From Vibrio cholerae ATCC 14035 (GTDB lineage Bacteria > Pseudomonadota > Gammaproteobacteria > Enterobacterales > Vibrionaceae): a stretch of DNA of 32,000 nt. The position numbers and the translations under genes are program-made. The stretch is taken from the NCBI RefSeq assembly GCF_000621645.1, contig NZ_JHXR01000009.1, positions 60,001 to 92,000 on the forward strand, read 5' to 3'. Numbering within the stretch: position 1 is the stretch's first letter; each line of letters starts with the position of its first letter. Shown here piece by piece: positions 18,724-29,991 of the stretch. Under the pieces are notes generated by a model. That model made no database searches and was not told where the DNA came from. It saw only the letters and a list, made by a program, of their open reading frames with translations.

Positions 18724-19386
18724 CTAATGGGTCTCTTGGATCAGCTCATCAAGACAGTGTTTATCTTGCTGAATAAAGGCTAACGCTAAACGAGCGGCGG
18801 CTGAGTACAATCCGAAAGCATCAAATTGAGTGCAACGTTCAGCAAAGGCAGGTAGCCAAGTGAGTAAGTGTTGACTTATGAAGTCGGACTGAGCTTGGAG
18901 CGCTAAACTCAGTTGTGCTGAGTGCTCAATTTGGTTAGCACTGATTGCAAGATGCGCTAAAAAATCGAGCTGGATGGCAAGATGATCCTCGGGCTCATTG
19001 AGATTTTGTTCAACCTTAACCCCATGTGCGCTGAGTAACTCACGCATTTGCTGCGCAGGCTTGCCATTGAGTAAACCTTGATCGGTATAGACAGAAGCAT
19101 AGGGCAGGGCGGAATCACGGTCTGATTTCAAAAAGAGATCACAGAAATCTGCAGCGAGCTCTAGCTGTGCATCTTGGCGATCTTGCAAGCGATTGAGCGC
19201 CTCGACCAAGTGTTTAACTTCGCGGCTCAAGCTTTGCTCATCAGCGAGTCCGCTTAAAAAAGTACGAACTTCTGCTGAGTGATAGCGAGCAATATCTTGC
19301 TCACTCAGTTCTTTAAAAAACAGGCTCGACAGCCACCAATAGATTTCAGCACGCTTTTCATTGAGGATTTTCAGTTCTTGCATCAT
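18724..19386 (-). CDS. torD: TorD-family redox-enzyme maturation chaperone (TMAO reductase)
   Basis: 220 aa with 'RAEIYWWLSSLFFKELSEQD...DHLAIQLDFLAHL', typical TorD/DmsD family motifs. It is adjacent to torR. The start could be either of the tandem ATGs (19386 or 19383). Confidence 0.85.
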   Translation of the reverse strand: MMQELKILNEKRAEIYWWLSSLFFKELSEQDIARYHSAEVRTFLSGLADEQSLSREVKHLVEALNRLQDRQDAQLELAADFCDLFLKSDRDSALPYASVYTDQGLLNGKPAQQMRELLSAHGVKVEQNLNEPEDHLAIQLDFLAHLAISANQIEHSAQLSLALQAQSDFISQHLLTWLPAFAERCTQFDAFGLYSAAARLALAFIQQDKHCLDELIQETH

Positions 19387-19427
19387 CTCTGCACTCCCAA
19401 TCGATGTGTGCTTAGTCTAAACCATAA

Positions 19428-19437
19428 AAATGAACAG
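19428..19437 (-). promoter_or_regulatory. Candidate tor box (TorR site), CTGTTCATTT
   Basis: 9/10 match to the E. coli tor-box decamer CTGTTCATAT, which I recall from memory. It is oriented with torD and lies 42-51 nt upstream of the torD ATG. Confidence 0.4.
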
Positions 19438-19559
19438 CTATCACGGTGATTGTGACAGTTTGTGAAAAGAAAAGAATAGGTTGTTAATCTGTTAAATGAA
19501 GTTTGCTTTGCATCAAGAAACAGTGAGGTTTCTCACGATTTTTCTCGAGTTATTAACAA

Positions 19560-19569
19560 ATATGAATAG
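19560..19569 (-). promoter_or_regulatory. Candidate tor box (TorR site), CTATTCATAT
   Basis: 9/10 match to CTGTTCATAT in the same orientation as the other box. It lies 42 nt upstream of the torR ATG, a position compatible with autoregulation as in E. coli. Confidence 0.4.
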
Positions 19570-19610
19570 AATAACCCTGCGATACATCCAGTTATTTAAA
19601 ATGGTGCATT

Positions 19611-20315
19611 ATGAGCTATCACGTACTTGTGGTTGAAGATGACCTCGTCACGCGAAGTAAGTTAAGTGGTTACTTTCAAAATGAAGGTTACCAAGTGACG
19701 GAAGCAGAAAGTGGCGCACAGATGAGAGAAGCGTTAGAGCTCAATGACATCGATCTGGTTTTGCTGGACATTAATTTGCCCGGTGAAGACGGTCTGTTAT
19801 TGACGCGAGAATTGCGCAGCCAGTCGGAGATTGGCATTATTTTAGTGACAGGACGCACCGACAGTATCGACAAAATCGTTGGCCTCGAAATGGGCGCGGA
19901 CGATTATGTCACCAAACCTGTTGACCTACGCGAGCTTCAGGTTCGTGTAAAAAACTTATTATGGCGAATTTCCCTCGCACAGCGAGAGAGAATTACCGAC
20001 AAACACGATGACAAACTGGTGCATTTTGGTGAGTGGACGTTCGATGTTCAGCGCCGTGCATTAAGCCGTAACGGTGAGCCAGTCAAGCTCACTAAAGCGG
20101 AATACGAGTTGTTGGTTGCGCTTTCTTCTTATCCTAATCAAGTGATGAGTCGTGAGCGGATTTTGAACATGATCAGTCACCGTGTGGATGCGCCAAACGA
20201 CCGTACGATTGACGTATTGATCCGCCGTATGCGCGCCAAAATGGAAATGGATCCGAAAAACCCGCAAATCTTTGTGACGGTTCACGGCGAAGGGTACATG
20301 TTCGCTGGGGATTAA
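19611..20315 (+). CDS. torR: OmpR-family response regulator TorR
   Basis: 234 aa with a receiver domain (DDxxxR...LLDINLPGEDG, phospho-acceptor Asp) and a winged-helix C-terminal domain. It is divergent from torD. Confidence 0.85.
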   Translation: MSYHVLVVEDDLVTRSKLSGYFQNEGYQVTEAESGAQMREALELNDIDLVLLDINLPGEDGLLLTRELRSQSEIGIILVTGRTDSIDKIVGLEMGADDYVTKPVDLRELQVRVKNLLWRISLAQRERITDKHDDKLVHFGEWTFDVQRRALSRNGEPVKLTKAEYELLVALSSYPNQVMSRERILNMISHRVDAPNDRTIDVLIRRMRAKMEMDPKNPQIFVTVHGEGYMFAGD

Positions 20316-20354
20316 ACACTGAGAGTGTCCTCATCGTTTCTGCATTGTAAAAAT

Positions 20355-20383
20355 TAAAAAACTGGCTAAATGCCAGTTTTTTA
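20355..20383. terminator. Bidirectional Rho-independent terminator between torR and elyC
   Basis: aaaaa-actggc-taaat-gccagt-tttttt, lying between two convergent genes. Confidence 0.8.
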
Positions 20384-20415
20384 ATGCTACTTATGATCCC
20401 CCAAAGCGGATGAGA

Positions 20416-21237
20416 CTAAGGTGCGCTTGGTGCCTCTTCAACCACCGGTGGAGTAAGCACAGGCTCACTGCTATCCCCCGCCACAGTATCTCGCAGGGTT
20501 TGCCACATCAGTCCTAAAGTTTCATGCCAATACTGCTCAGTTTGCTCAAGATAACGCGATCTTGGAATGTATTTATCCCAAGGCTGAATAATATTGAGGT
20601 GGCCTAAGTAATTGGTCGGGGCAGGAATAGGTGTTAAGCCCGCCGATTCAAATTCACGCATCGCACGCTTCATGTGGCTCGCTGAGGTGACGAGCACCAT
20701 ACGTTTTTGTTGCACGAAAGCGGCCGCTTGGCGCGCTTCTTCCCAAGTATCTTTAGCGGTTTCCAGCAAAATAATATCCGATTTAGGCACGCCTAACGCC
20801 AAAGCAACACGCGCCATCATCCGAGCATGGCTAACTTCGCTGCCGCCAGCGTAACCGGAGAGGATAAGTTTCGAGCCCGGATACATACGACTAATACGAA
20901 TGCCTTCTGTTAAGCGCATGAGCGCAGCACGAGTAAGCTCGGAGGTGGGGGGAATATCATCATCAATGACATGGCCATTCCCGAGCACCATCACGTAGTC
21001 AAGAGTACCTTCTACGGGTAAAAATGCCGTGTAAGTACGTTCAAGTGGCATCAACAAACGAGTCGCCACGGGTTGAAAGGAAACCAGAAATAGCCCAGTG
21101 AGGGAGAATAACACTACTAGGCAGCCAGTTTTACGTTTTGCCGTGAACATGATCAACATCAGGCCCACGAAACCAATGATCAGCAGCGCTGGCAGAGGCA
21201 TCAACAGTGAAGAAAAAATTTTTTTCAGCTCAAACAT
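20416..21237 (-). CDS. elyC: DUF218/ElyC (YcbC) envelope-biogenesis protein
   Basis: 'MFELKKIFSSLLMPLPALLIIGFVG' aligns with the E. coli ElyC N-terminus. The DUF218 core is present, and the position next to cmoM-mukFEB is conserved. The start is trimmed from 21264 to ATG-21237. Confidence 0.8.
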   Translation of the reverse strand: MFELKKIFSSLLMPLPALLIIGFVGLMLIMFTAKRKTGCLVVLFSLTGLFLVSFQPVATRLLMPLERTYTAFLPVEGTLDYVMVLGNGHVIDDDIPPTSELTRAALMRLTEGIRISRMYPGSKLILSGYAGGSEVSHARMMARVALALGVPKSDIILLETAKDTWEEARQAAAFVQQKRMVLVTSASHMKRAMREFESAGLTPIPAPTNYLGHLNIIQPWDKYIPRSRYLEQTEQYWHETLGLMWQTLRDTVAGDSSEPVLTPPVVEEAPSAP

Positions 21238-21353
21238 AGAGAAAACAGTCCGAAAAAACAGCACTTGAGTATAAAAAGAGTCGAAGCCTCTTTATTCCTG
21301 CCATTCGTATGACAGAATAGCAGGCACGGTTCGTTATCATAACTCAAGCTACT

Positions 21354-22136
21354 GTGACAGAAGATCGCAATTTCGACGATATTGCCCACAAATTTGCAAA
21401 AAATATATACGGTTCTGACAAAGGTGAGATCCGCCAATTCATTGTTTGGGAAGATTTGGAGCAGCTTCTCAGTCAACTGGACACGCAAAAAGTTCCCTTG
21501 CACGTGCTCGATGCGGGTGGCGGCTTGGCGCAAGTATCGCAAAAAATCGCTCGCCTTGGGCATCGAGTGACACTCTGTGATCTTTCTTCGGAAATGTTGC
21601 AATTGGCCGAACAGGATATTGCAAACAATGGTCTGCTTGAGAAGTATCGCTTCGTCCATTCACCAGTGCAGACGATTCAAGCACACCTTGATGCGCCCGT
21701 GGATTTGGTGCTGTTTCATGCGGTGATGGAATGGTTAGCGGAACCTAAACCAGCGTTGCAAAATTTGCTGGCGCAAGTCAGACCGGGCGGCATGGTGTCG
21801 GTGATGTTTTACAACTATCACGGTTTGGTTTACAAAAACGCCGTGTGTGGCAACATTCCGCACGTGCTAGAGGATATGCCGCACCGCAAACGGTTTAAAT
21901 TACAACCGCAGAAAGGCTTGCTCCCCGAAGAAGTCTACCAATGGATCGAAGAATCGGGTTTTGAGATCTGCGGGAAATCCGGTATTCGTTGTTTCAGTGA
22001 TTACATCGGAAACATGAAAAACATGGGCGAATACCAGTATGAGGATTTGGTGGCACTGGAGCGCAAATTCTGCCGTCAGGAGCCTTACCTCTCATTGGGT
22101 CGATACATTCACGTATGGGCTAAGAAAAAACAATAA
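21354..22136 (+). CDS. cmoM: SAM-dependent tRNA methyltransferase CmoM (SmtA)
   Basis: '(M)[27 protein letters not shown]...[10 protein letters not shown]' aligns with E. coli SmtA/CmoM. It has a GTG start and is the first gene of the smtA-mukFEB cluster, as in E. coli. Confidence 0.85.
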   Translation: MTEDRNFDDIAHKFAKNIYGSDKGEIRQFIVWEDLEQLLSQLDTQKVPLHVLDAGGGLAQVSQKIARLGHRVTLCDLSSEMLQLAEQDIANNGLLEKYRFVHSPVQTIQAHLDAPVDLVLFHAVMEWLAEPKPALQNLLAQVRPGGMVSVMFYNYHGLVYKNAVCGNIPHVLEDMPHRKRFKLQPQKGLLPEEVYQWIEESGFEICGKSGIRCFSDYIGNMKNMGEYQYEDLVALERKFCRQEPYLSLGRYIHVWAKKKQ

Positions 22137-22147
22137 CAGGAAACACA

Positions 22148-23485
22148 ATGAGTGAGTTTACTCAGGATACTGTGCAAAAGCCCATCGACGAACTCGTCAC
22201 TTGGGTAAAACAGTATGACTTCTCATTGAATCTGCCTACTGAGCGGCTGGCATTTTTGCTCGCGATTGCTGTGCTTAGTAATGAAAGATTTGATGAAGAG
22301 CTCGGAGAAGGGGAACTTCACGATGCATTCGCGATAGTGACGCGCTTGTTTGCAGAATCGGGAGAAGCCTCAGCCTTTCGGGCTAACAATGCGATTAATG
22401 ATCTGGTCAAGCAGCGCTTACTAAGCCGTTTTACCAGCGAAATGACGGAAGGTGCCAGCATCTACCGTTTGACTCCGTTGGCGATCGGCATTACCGATTA
22501 CTATGTGCGTCATCGCGAATTTTCCAAACTCAAACTATCCATCCAACTCTCTATGGTGGCGGATGAGATGGCGAAAGCCGTGGAATCTGCGCAGCAGGGT
22601 GGCAGTGTCGCTCATTGGCGCAAAAACGTGTTTGGCGTGCTCAAATATTCGGTGAGTGAAATCTTCGATCGCATCGACCTTAACCAGCGTGTGATGGATG
22701 AGCAGCAGCAATCGGTCAAAGAGCAGATTGCGGATCTGCTGAATAAAGATTGGCGCGATGCGATCAACAACTGTGAAGCCTTGCTGTCTGAGACTTCCGC
22801 CACACTGCGTGAGCTGCAAGATACCTTGCAAGCGGCAGGCGATGAGTTGCAAACGCAAATCCTCGATATTCAGGAGTGCGTGTATGGCGATCTGGAATTG
22901 GATTTCATCGAAGAGACGCTGTTTGCGCTGCAAATGAAGCTCGACCGCATTACGAGCTGGGGTCAGCAGTCGATTGATCTTTGGATCGGTTACGACCGCC
23001 ACGTCCACAAGTTTATTCGTACCGCGATTGATATGGACCAGAACCGCGCGTTCAGCCAACGTCTGCGTCAGTCAATGAACGACTATTTTGAACAACCTTG
23101 GTATCTCACTTACGCCGATGCAGAACGCCTATCCGATCTGCGTGATGAAACCTTGACCCTGCGTGACGAAGAAGTTACCGGTCATGTGCCGACAGAAGTG
23201 GAATACGAAGAGCTGCAACAAGTGAACGACGAACTTGCGCAGCGGATTGGCGACATGCTGAAAGTGCATAAAGAGCAGGGCGCAGCAATTGATTTAGCCC
23301 TTGTGCTGCGTGATTACCTAGCTAGCCATCCACGAACCCATCATTTCGATTTAGCCCGAATGGTTGTCGACCAAGCGGTAAGGCTGGGTTACTCCGAGTC
23401 CGACTACCGCGCTATCCAGCCTGACTGGACGGCGATCAACGATTTTGGCGCAAAGGTACAAGCGAATGTCATCGACCGATATTAA
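22148..23485 (+). CDS. mukF: Condensin kleisin subunit MukF
   Basis: 445 aa. The MukF N-terminal winged-helix domain and the overall length match, and it sits directly upstream of mukE/mukB. Confidence 0.95.
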   Translation: MSEFTQDTVQKPIDELVTWVKQYDFSLNLPTERLAFLLAIAVLSNERFDEELGEGELHDAFAIVTRLFAESGEASAFRANNAINDLVKQRLLSRFTSEMTEGASIYRLTPLAIGITDYYVRHREFSKLKLSIQLSMVADEMAKAVESAQQGGSVAHWRKNVFGVLKYSVSEIFDRIDLNQRVMDEQQQSVKEQIADLLNKDWRDAINNCEALLSETSATLRELQDTLQAAGDELQTQILDIQECVYGDLELDFIEETLFALQMKLDRITSWGQQSIDLWIGYDRHVHKFIRTAIDMDQNRAFSQRLRQSMNDYFEQPWYLTYADAERLSDLRDETLTLRDEEVTGHVPTEVEYEELQQVNDELAQRIGDMLKVHKEQGAAIDLALVLRDYLASHPRTHHFDLARMVVDQAVRLGYSESDYRAIQPDWTAINDFGAKVQANVIDRY

Positions 23486-24188
23486 TGAATACATGCCAGA
23501 GAATCTGGCCAAAGCGATTGCGAACCCGCTATTCCCAGCGCTAGATAGTTTGCTGCGTGCGGGACGTCATGTTTCCAGTGACGATTTGGATAACCACGCC
23601 TTCCTGTCGGATTTTGAACCGGATTTGGCGCTGTTTTATCAACGCTACCACACCGAACTAGTGCGCGCGCCGGAAGGTTTTTTCTATTTGCGTCCTCGTT
23701 CAACTTCTCTTATCAACCGCAGTGTGCTCTCTGAGCTGGATATGCTGGTGGGTAAAGTGCTCTGTTTCCTCTATCTGAGCCCTGAGCGTTTAGCGCACGA
23801 AGGCATTTTTACCAACCAAGAGCTGTACGATGAGCTACTGACACTGGTGGAAGAGAAGAAGCTGATGAAGCTGGTGACCAACCGTGCGAGCGGCTCGGAT
23901 CTGGATCGCGAGAAGCTGTTTGAAAAAGTGCGAACCTCGCTGCGTCGGTTACGTCGCCTCGGTATGGTGATCACCATTGGTGATACGGGCAAATTCCGCA
24001 TCACTGAAGCGGTATTTCGTTTTGGTGCGGATGTACGTTTGGGCGGTGATTTGCGTGAAGCGCAGCTGCGCCTAATCCGTGATGGTGAAGCCGTGGTACA
24101 TACCCCAGAACCAAGCCAGCAAAGCTTGTTGGAAAACCCAACAGCTGAGTACGACGAAGAGCAAACCGAGTGGGAAGATGAAGCATGA
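23466..24188 (+). CDS. mukE: Condensin subunit MukE
   Basis: '[35 protein letters not shown]' aligns with the E. coli MukE N-terminus. The start is set at ATG-23466 (the track gives 23445), which overlaps the mukF 3' end by 20 nt. Confidence 0.92.
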   Translation: MSSTDINEYMPENLAKAIANPLFPALDSLLRAGRHVSSDDLDNHAFLSDFEPDLALFYQRYHTELVRAPEGFFYLRPRSTSLINRSVLSELDMLVGKVLCFLYLSPERLAHEGIFTNQELYDELLTLVEEKKLMKLVTNRASGSDLDREKLFEKVRTSLRRLRRLGMVITIGDTGKFRITEAVFRFGADVRLGGDLREAQLRLIRDGEAVVHTPEPSQQSLLENPTAEYDEEQTEWEDEA

Positions 24189-27100
24189 TTGAACGAGGTA
24201 AATATCAATCGCTAACCATGATCAACTGGAACGGCTTCTTTGCGCGTACCTTTGACATTGATAATTTAGTGACCACTTTATCTGGTGGTAACGGTGCGGG
24301 TAAGTCTACCACCATGGCGGCGTTTATCACCGCTTTGATCCCAGACCAAAGCCTGCTCCATTTTCGTAACACCACCGAAGCGGGGAGCTCGCAAGCGTCA
24401 CGCGATAAAGGTTTGTACGGTAAGTTGCAAGCGGGGGCGTGTTACGCGGCGCTGGATGTGGTGAACTCACGTAACCAACGTTTACTGTTTGCGGTGAAGC
24501 TGCAACAAGTGGCGGGACGTGATAAGAAAGTCGACATCAAACCTTTCTTGATCCAAGGTTTGCCAAGTCATGTTAAACCGACCGATGTGTTGGTCGAAAC
24601 CGTATCCGACAAACATGCGCGTGTTCGCCAAATCAATGAAGTGAAAGATGCCGTGGGTCAAATTGAAGGCGCGCATTTCAAATCTTTCCCGTCGATTGTC
24701 GACTACCACGCGCAGATGTTTGAATTTGGCGTGATCCCGAAAAAACTGCGTAACAGCTCAGACCGTTCAAAATTCTACCGTTTGATTGAAGCTTCGCTTT
24801 ATGGCGGTATTTCCAGCGCGATCACCCGTTCACTGCGTGATTATCTGCTGCCACAAAATGGCGGAGTGAAAAAAGCCTTCCAAGATATGGAATCCGCGCT
24901 GCGTGAAAACCGCATGACACTGGAAGCGATCAAGACCACGCAAGCGGATCGCGATCTGTTCAAACACCTGATCACCGAATCGACCAATTATGTAGCTGCG
25001 GACTACATGCGCCACGCCAATGATCGCCGTAACAAAGTGGGACAAACTTTGGTTCTGCGCGGTGAGCTGTTCTCTTCTCGTGAAACCCTGATTGAACAAA
25101 ACAGCTTGCTGAACCGTGTTCACGAAGAGTTAGAACTGCTGGTTGAGCAAGAGTCGGCGCTGGAGCAAGATTACCAAGGCGCGTCTGACCACTTGCAATT
25201 GGTGCAAAACGCGCTGCGTCAGCAAGAAAAAATTGAACGCTATCAAGAAGATCTCGAAGAGCTGAATTTCCGCCTCGAAGAACAGATGATGGTGGTGGAA
25301 GAAGCCAATGAGCGAGTGATGATGGCCGAAGAGCGCGCCACCATCAGTGAAGAGGAAGTGGATAGCCTCAAATCGCAATTGGCCGATTATCAGCAAGCTC
25401 TTGATGTGCAGCAGACCCGTGCTCTGCAATATCAACAAGCCGTGCAAGCGCTCGATAAAGCGCGCCGCTTACTGGATAAGCCAGAACTCACTGCAGAAAG
25501 TGCGCAAGCGTTAGCAACTCAACTGAAAGCGGAGCAGGAAACGCGCACCAGCGAACTGTTGGCACTCAAGCACAAGCTGGATATGTCTTCAGCCGCCGCG
25601 CAGCAGTTCAACCATGCGTTTGACTTGGTGAAACGCGTGTTGGGTGAGGTCGCGCGCAGTGAAGCTTCGAAGCAAGCGCAGCAAGTGATCCGCCAAGCGC
25701 GTGAAGCTCAGAATGTGCTGCAAAATGAAGCGCAGTGGCAAGCACAACAACGAGACCTTGAGCGCCAACTTGAGCAGCAACGCAGCGTGCGTGAGCTGGC
25801 AACCCAATACCACAAGCAACATATGGTAGCCTTGGATGATGCCGCGACCGTCGAGTTAGAGCGTGAGCGCCACTCTGCACTGCTAGAAGAGCTGGAAACC
25901 GAGCAGGAAAACTGCCGTGAACAACGTGGTCAACTGCGCCATCAAGAGCAAGAACTGCAAACGCAAATCGCCCGTTTTGAGTCGATTGCGCCAGCATGGA
26001 TCAAAGCTAACGATGCGTTAGAAACGCTACGCGAGCAAAGTGGTGCAGAACTGGCCGATAGCCAATCTGTCATGGCGCACATGCAGCAAGTATTGGAGCT
26101 GGAAAAAGCCCAATCCATGGCGAAAGATAAGCTCGCCGAGCGCCGCGCGAAACTCGATAGCGAAATTGAGCGTTTAGCGTCTCCGGGGGGCTCGAACGAT
26201 CCGCGTCTGAAAGGTCTGGCGGATACGCTAGGCGGTGTACTGCTATCGGAAATTTATGACGACATCACCATTGATGATGCGCCGTATTTCAGTGCGATGT
26301 ACGGTCCTGCGCGTCACGCGATTGTGGTATCGGATCTCTCTGGCATCAAAGAAAAACTGGTTGAACTGGATGACTGTCCGGAAGATCTCTACCTCATCGA
26401 AGGCGATGTAGATGCGTTTGATGACAGCTCATTCAATGCCGAAGAGCTAGAAGGTGCGGTGTGCGTTCAGCTTAACCAGCGCCAAATGCGCTACTCGCGC
26501 TTCCCAGCCATTCCACTGTTTGGCCGCGCGGCGCGTGAGCAGCGTTTAGAGCTGCTGCGAGAAGAGCGTGATGACGTGGTTGAGCAACACGCCAAAGCTT
26601 CGTTCGATTCGCAAAAGCTGCAACGTCTGTACGCCAGCTTCAACCAGTTTGTGGCGATGCATTTGCAAGTGGCGTTTGATGCCGACCCTGAGCAAGCCTT
26701 AGCGAATGCGCGCGATAAGCGTAATCAACTGCTGCGCTCCATCAGCGAATTTGAAGCGCAAGAGCAGCAACTGCGTAGCCAGTTGCAAGCCAGTAAACAA
26801 GCGTTAGCTGCGCTAGACAAACTTGCGCCGCAAATGGGTCTACTTGACGAAGAGACGCTCGAAGCCCGTTACCAAGAGCTTGAAGAGAAACTGCAACAGC
26901 TGAGTGAGGCAAAAGCCTTTATCGCTGCGCATGGCCGCACCATCAGCGAGCTGGAAAAAGTGGCGGCGGTACTCGATGCCGACCCAGAGCAGTTTGATGC
27001 GCTGGAGCAGCAATACCAGCAAGCGGACCAAGCACTGCAGCAACTCAAAGCGCAAATTTTTGCACTGTCGGATCTGCTTGAACGCCGTCACCACTTTGCT

Positions 27101-28660
27101 TATTCCGACTCGGTGGATCTGCTCAACCAAAGCAGTGAGCTGAGTGAACAGCTCAAAGCCAAATTGGTGCAGGCGGAAAGTGAACGTACCCGTAGTCGTG
27201 AAGAGCTGAAACAGGCGCAAGCTCAGCTCAGCCAATACAATCAGCTATTGGCGTCACTGAAAAGTTCACACCAAGCTAAGCTAGAAACGGTGCAAGAGTT
27301 CAAACAAGAGCTACAAGAGTTTGGCGTGCATGCTGACGAAGGCGCGATTGAACGTGCTCAGCGTCGTCGTGATGAGCTGCAAGAACGTCTACACACTTCG
27401 CGCAGCCGTAAGAGTGAATACGAACGCACCATCACATCTACTGAGCTGGAAATGAAAGCGCTGGTCAAGCGCATGAAGAAAGTCGAGAAAGATTATCAAG
27501 ATCTGCGCACTTTCGTAGTGAACGCGAAAGCGGGTTGGTGCTCGGTACTGCGCCTTGCGCGCCAAAATGATGTTGAGCGTCGTCTGCACAAGCGTGAGCT
27601 GGCTTACTTGTCTGCCGATGAACTGCGTTCAATGTCGGATAAATCCTTGGGTGCGCTGCGTCTAGCGGTCGCTAACAATGAAGATCTGCGTGATGCACTG
27701 CGCCAGTCGGAAGATAACTCGCGTCCTGAGCGTAAAGTGCTGTTCTACATTGCGGTGTATCAGCATCTGCGTGAGCGTATTCGTCAAGACATCATTCGCA
27801 CGGACGATCCAGTCGAAGCGATTGAAGAGATGGAAGTGGAACTGGCTCGTTTGACCGAAGAGTTGACTCAACGTGAACAACGTTTGGCGATCAGTTCAGA
27901 TTCGGTTGCTAGCATCATTCGCAAAACCATTCAACGTGAGCAAAACCGTATTCGTATGCTCAACCAAGGACTGTCGAACATCTCCTTTGGTCAGGTGAAT
28001 GGCGTGCGCCTGAATGTGAAAGTGCGTGAAAGCCATGAGATCCTGCTGGCAGGATTGTCTGAGCAGCAAGCGCAACACAAAGATCTGTTTGAAAGTGCGC
28101 GTTACACCTTCTCAGAAGCGATGGCCAAGCTGTTCCAACGTGTGAACCCACACATCGACATGGGTCAACGTTCACCGCAAGTGCTGGGTGAAGAGCTGCT
28201 GGATTACCGTAACTACCTAGAGCTGAGTGTGGAAGTCAACCGTGGTTCGGATGGTTGGCTGCAAGCGGAATCGGGCGCATTATCGACCGGTGAAGCGATC
28301 GGTACCGGTCAGTCAATTCTGTTGATGGTGGTGCAGAGCTGGGAAGAAGAGTCGCGTCGTCTGCGCAGTAAAGATATTGTGCCGTGTCGTCTGTTGTTCC
28401 TCGATGAAGCCGCGCGTCTGGATGCTAAATCCATCGCCACCTTGTTTGAGCTGTGTGAGCGTCTGGATATGCAGTTACTGATTGCAGCGCCAGAGAACAT
28501 CAGCCCAGAGAAGGGCACCACTTACAAACTGGTACGTAAAGTGTTTAAAGATCACGAACACGTACATGTGGTAGGGTTACGCGGCTTTGCGCAAACCGAA
28601 AAGCCAAAAACCGCTGAGCAGAAGTTCGCCGAAGAACTTGCAGGTGAGTTGACGGAATAG
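24185..28660 (+). CDS. mukB: SMC-like condensin ATPase MukB
   Basis: 1491 aa with Walker A 'GGNGAGKST', long coiled coils, and a C-terminal '[11 protein letters not shown]' Walker B region. An ATGA overlap joins it to the mukE stop. Confidence 0.98.
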   Translation: MIERGKYQSLTMINWNGFFARTFDIDNLVTTLSGGNGAGKSTTMAAFITALIPDQSLLHFRNTTEAGSSQASRDKGLYGKLQAGACYAALDVVNSRNQRLLFAVKLQQVAGRDKKVDIKPFLIQGLPSHVKPTDVLVETVSDKHARVRQINEVKDAVGQIEGAHFKSFPSIVDYHAQMFEFGVIPKKLRNSSDRSKFYRLIEASLYGGISSAITRSLRDYLLPQNGGVKKAFQDMESALRENRMTLEAIKTTQADRDLFKHLITESTNYVAADYMRHANDRRNKVGQTLVLRGELFSSRETLIEQNSLLNRVHEELELLVEQESALEQDYQGASDHLQLVQNALRQQEKIERYQEDLEELNFRLEEQMMVVEEANERVMMAEERATISEEEVDSLKSQLADYQQALDVQQTRALQYQQAVQALDKARRLLDKPELTAESAQALATQLKAEQETRTSELLALKHKLDMSSAAAQQFNHAFDLVKRVLGEVARSEASKQAQQVIRQAREAQNVLQNEAQWQAQQRDLERQLEQQRSVRELATQYHKQHMVALDDAATVELERERHSALLEELETEQENCREQRGQLRHQEQELQTQIARFESIAPAWIKANDALETLREQSGAELADSQSVMAHMQQVLELEKAQSMAKDKLAERRAKLDSEIERLASPGGSNDPRLKGLADTLGGVLLSEIYDDITIDDAPYFSAMYGPARHAIVVSDLSGIKEKLVELDDCPEDLYLIEGDVDAFDDSSFNAEELEGAVCVQLNQRQMRYSRFPAIPLFGRAAREQRLELLREERDDVVEQHAKASFDSQKLQRLYASFNQFVAMHLQVAFDADPEQALANARDKRNQLLRSISEFEAQEQQLRSQLQASKQALAALDKLAPQMGLLDEETLEARYQELEEKLQQLSEAKAFIAAHGRTISELEKVAAVLDADPEQFDALEQQYQQADQALQQLKAQIFALSDLLERRHHFAYSDSVDLLNQSSELSEQLKAKLVQAESERTRSREELKQAQAQLSQYNQLLASLKSSHQAKLETVQEFKQELQEFGVHADEGAIERAQRRRDELQERLHTSRSRKSEYERTITSTELEMKALVKRMKKVEKDYQDLRTFVVNAKAGWCSVLRLARQNDVERRLHKRELAYLSADELRSMSDKSLGALRLAVANNEDLRDALRQSEDNSRPERKVLFYIAVYQHLRERIRQDIIRTDDPVEAIEEMEVELARLTEELTQREQRLAISSDSVASIIRKTIQREQNRIRMLNQGLSNISFGQVNGVRLNVKVRESHEILLAGLSEQQAQHKDLFESARYTFSEAMAKLFQRVNPHIDMGQRSPQVLGEELLDYRNYLELSVEVNRGSDGWLQAESGALSTGEAIGTGQSILLMVVQSWEEESRRLRSKDIVPCRLLFLDEAARLDAKSIATLFELCERLDMQLLIAAPENISPEKGTTYKLVRKVFKDHEHVHVVGLRGFAQTEKPKTAEQKFAEELAGELTE

Positions 28661-28685
28661 TTGAGACCCATCAGGGCTTGATATG

Positions 28686-28720
28686 AAAACGCCTTTCAAA
28701 TGGAAGGCGCTTTTTTTTTG
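28686..28720 (+). terminator. Rho-independent terminator of mukB
   Basis: Stem cgcctt/aaggcg with an 8-nt loop, followed by a T9 run. Confidence 0.85.
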
Positions 28721-28741
28721 CAGCTGTGCTTGTTGGTGAGT

Positions 28742-29184
28742 TTACTGTCGCTCATCTTTGGGTGAATCCATCACCACCATGGTAGTAATGGATTTCACTA
28801 CCGCACATTCGCCGAGTACATCAGCATGGAAGCGTTTATAAGCCACCAGATCTTTGGTTTCCACGCGCAGCAAGTATTCGTTCATACCGGTGATGTTGTG
28901 GCATTCCACTACTTCTTTGGCAAAGCGTACATGCTGCTCAAAGCTGAGCTGTGATTGCTTGGTATGGCTGTTTAAGCCAATCGCCACATACGCGATAAAA
29001 CCAACCTCAAGCTGGTTTTTATCCAATACCGCGCGATAGCCTTTGATAATTTTCTTACGCTCTAAATCTTGCACGCGACGCAGGGTGGCGGAGGGCGATA
29101 ACCCTACGCGTTCGCCAACTCTACATTCGAGACTCGGCCATCGAGTTGCAGCTCGTGCAATATTCTTTCGTCAAACCTGTCCAT
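28742..29184 (-). pseudogene. Lrp/AsnC-family transcriptional regulator interrupted by a -1 frameshift in the helix-turn-helix domain
   Basis: ATG-29184 opens 'MDRFDERILHELQLDGRVSNVELANA' and then hits TAG at 29106-29104. The adjacent frame continues 'RVGLSPSATLRRVQDLERKKIIKGYRAVLD...' to the stop at 28742. Inserting one C in AAC|GCG (about 29107-29112) restores a canonical ~147-aa Lrp/AsnC protein. Confidence 0.8.
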
Positions 29185-29291
29185 AATTCTCTTTTGTTGT
29201 GCATTCAGTGTTTTGTTCGCTCATATAAACACAAAATTGCGTCAGAGAGCGATTAATATTTTTGCATCTGACATTAATCGAGAACATTGTT

Positions 29292-29876
29292 ATGGATTAC
29301 ACCTTATTTGGGCCGCTGCTGGCGTTTGCTTTTGTGTCTACTTTTTCGCCGGGGCCTAACAACATCATGCTAATGACCTCAGGAGCCAATGTTGGTTTTC
29401 TGCGCACTATCCCGCACATGCTGGGGATTACGTTTGGTTTTAGCATCATGGTATTGCTGGTGGGAGTGGGCTTGACGGAACTGTTTCAGCGTTATCCGAT
29501 CCTTCAACAAGGGTTACAAATTCTCTGCACTCTGTATTTGGTGTATCTGGCGATCAAAATTGCTCTGAGCCGACCATCCAAAGATGGGCAAGAGTATCAG
29601 CCGATGTCTTTTGTGGCGGCGGCGCTGTTTCAGTGGGTGAACCCCAAAGGTTGGTCAATGGCGCTCACGGTGGTGAGTGTGTTTAACCCTCATGCGAGCT
29701 GGCTGCAGTTAGGTTTAATTGCGCTGGTTTTTGCGTTAGTGAATTTACCTTCAGTCAGTGTGTGGACTGCTGCAGGAAAGCAACTGAGCTACTGGATGAA
29801 TCATCCCAATTATGTGCGTTGGTTTAATGGAGCGATGGGGGGATTGTTACTGCTTTCGGTGGTACCGATGCTTTGA
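29292..29876 (+). CDS. LysE/RhtB-family amino-acid exporter
   Basis: 'MDYTLFGPLLAFAFVSTFSPGPNNIMLMTSGANVGF' is the LysE/RhtB signature, with six predicted TM segments. I prefer ATG-29292 over the track's TTG-29262. It is divergent from the Lrp-family gene. Confidence 0.85.
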   Translation: MDYTLFGPLLAFAFVSTFSPGPNNIMLMTSGANVGFLRTIPHMLGITFGFSIMVLLVGVGLTELFQRYPILQQGLQILCTLYLVYLAIKIALSRPSKDGQEYQPMSFVAAALFQWVNPKGWSMALTVVSVFNPHASWLQLGLIALVFALVNLPSVSVWTAAGKQLSYWMNHPNYVRWFNGAMGGLLLLSVVPML

Positions 29877-29890
29877 AAATACCCCCTCCC

Positions 29891-29980
29891 GACCTCCCCC
29901 TAAAAGGGGGAGGAGAGAAGAAGGACCTCCCCTAGGAATGGGGAGGGAGAAGTAACTCTCCCTAGAAGCGAGAGAAGAAG
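29891..29980. repeat. Three tandem ~30-33-bp units, each a G/C-rich stem-loop followed by AGAGAAGAAG
   Basis: Unit 1 is cctccccc-taaaa-gggggagg (29893-29913). Unit 2 is cctcccc-taggaat-ggggagg (29926-29946). Unit 3 is weaker, ctctc-cctagaagc-gagag (29956-29974). Purine-rich gagaag tails follow each unit. Confidence 0.75.
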
Positions 29981-29991
29981 GCAAATAGGGT

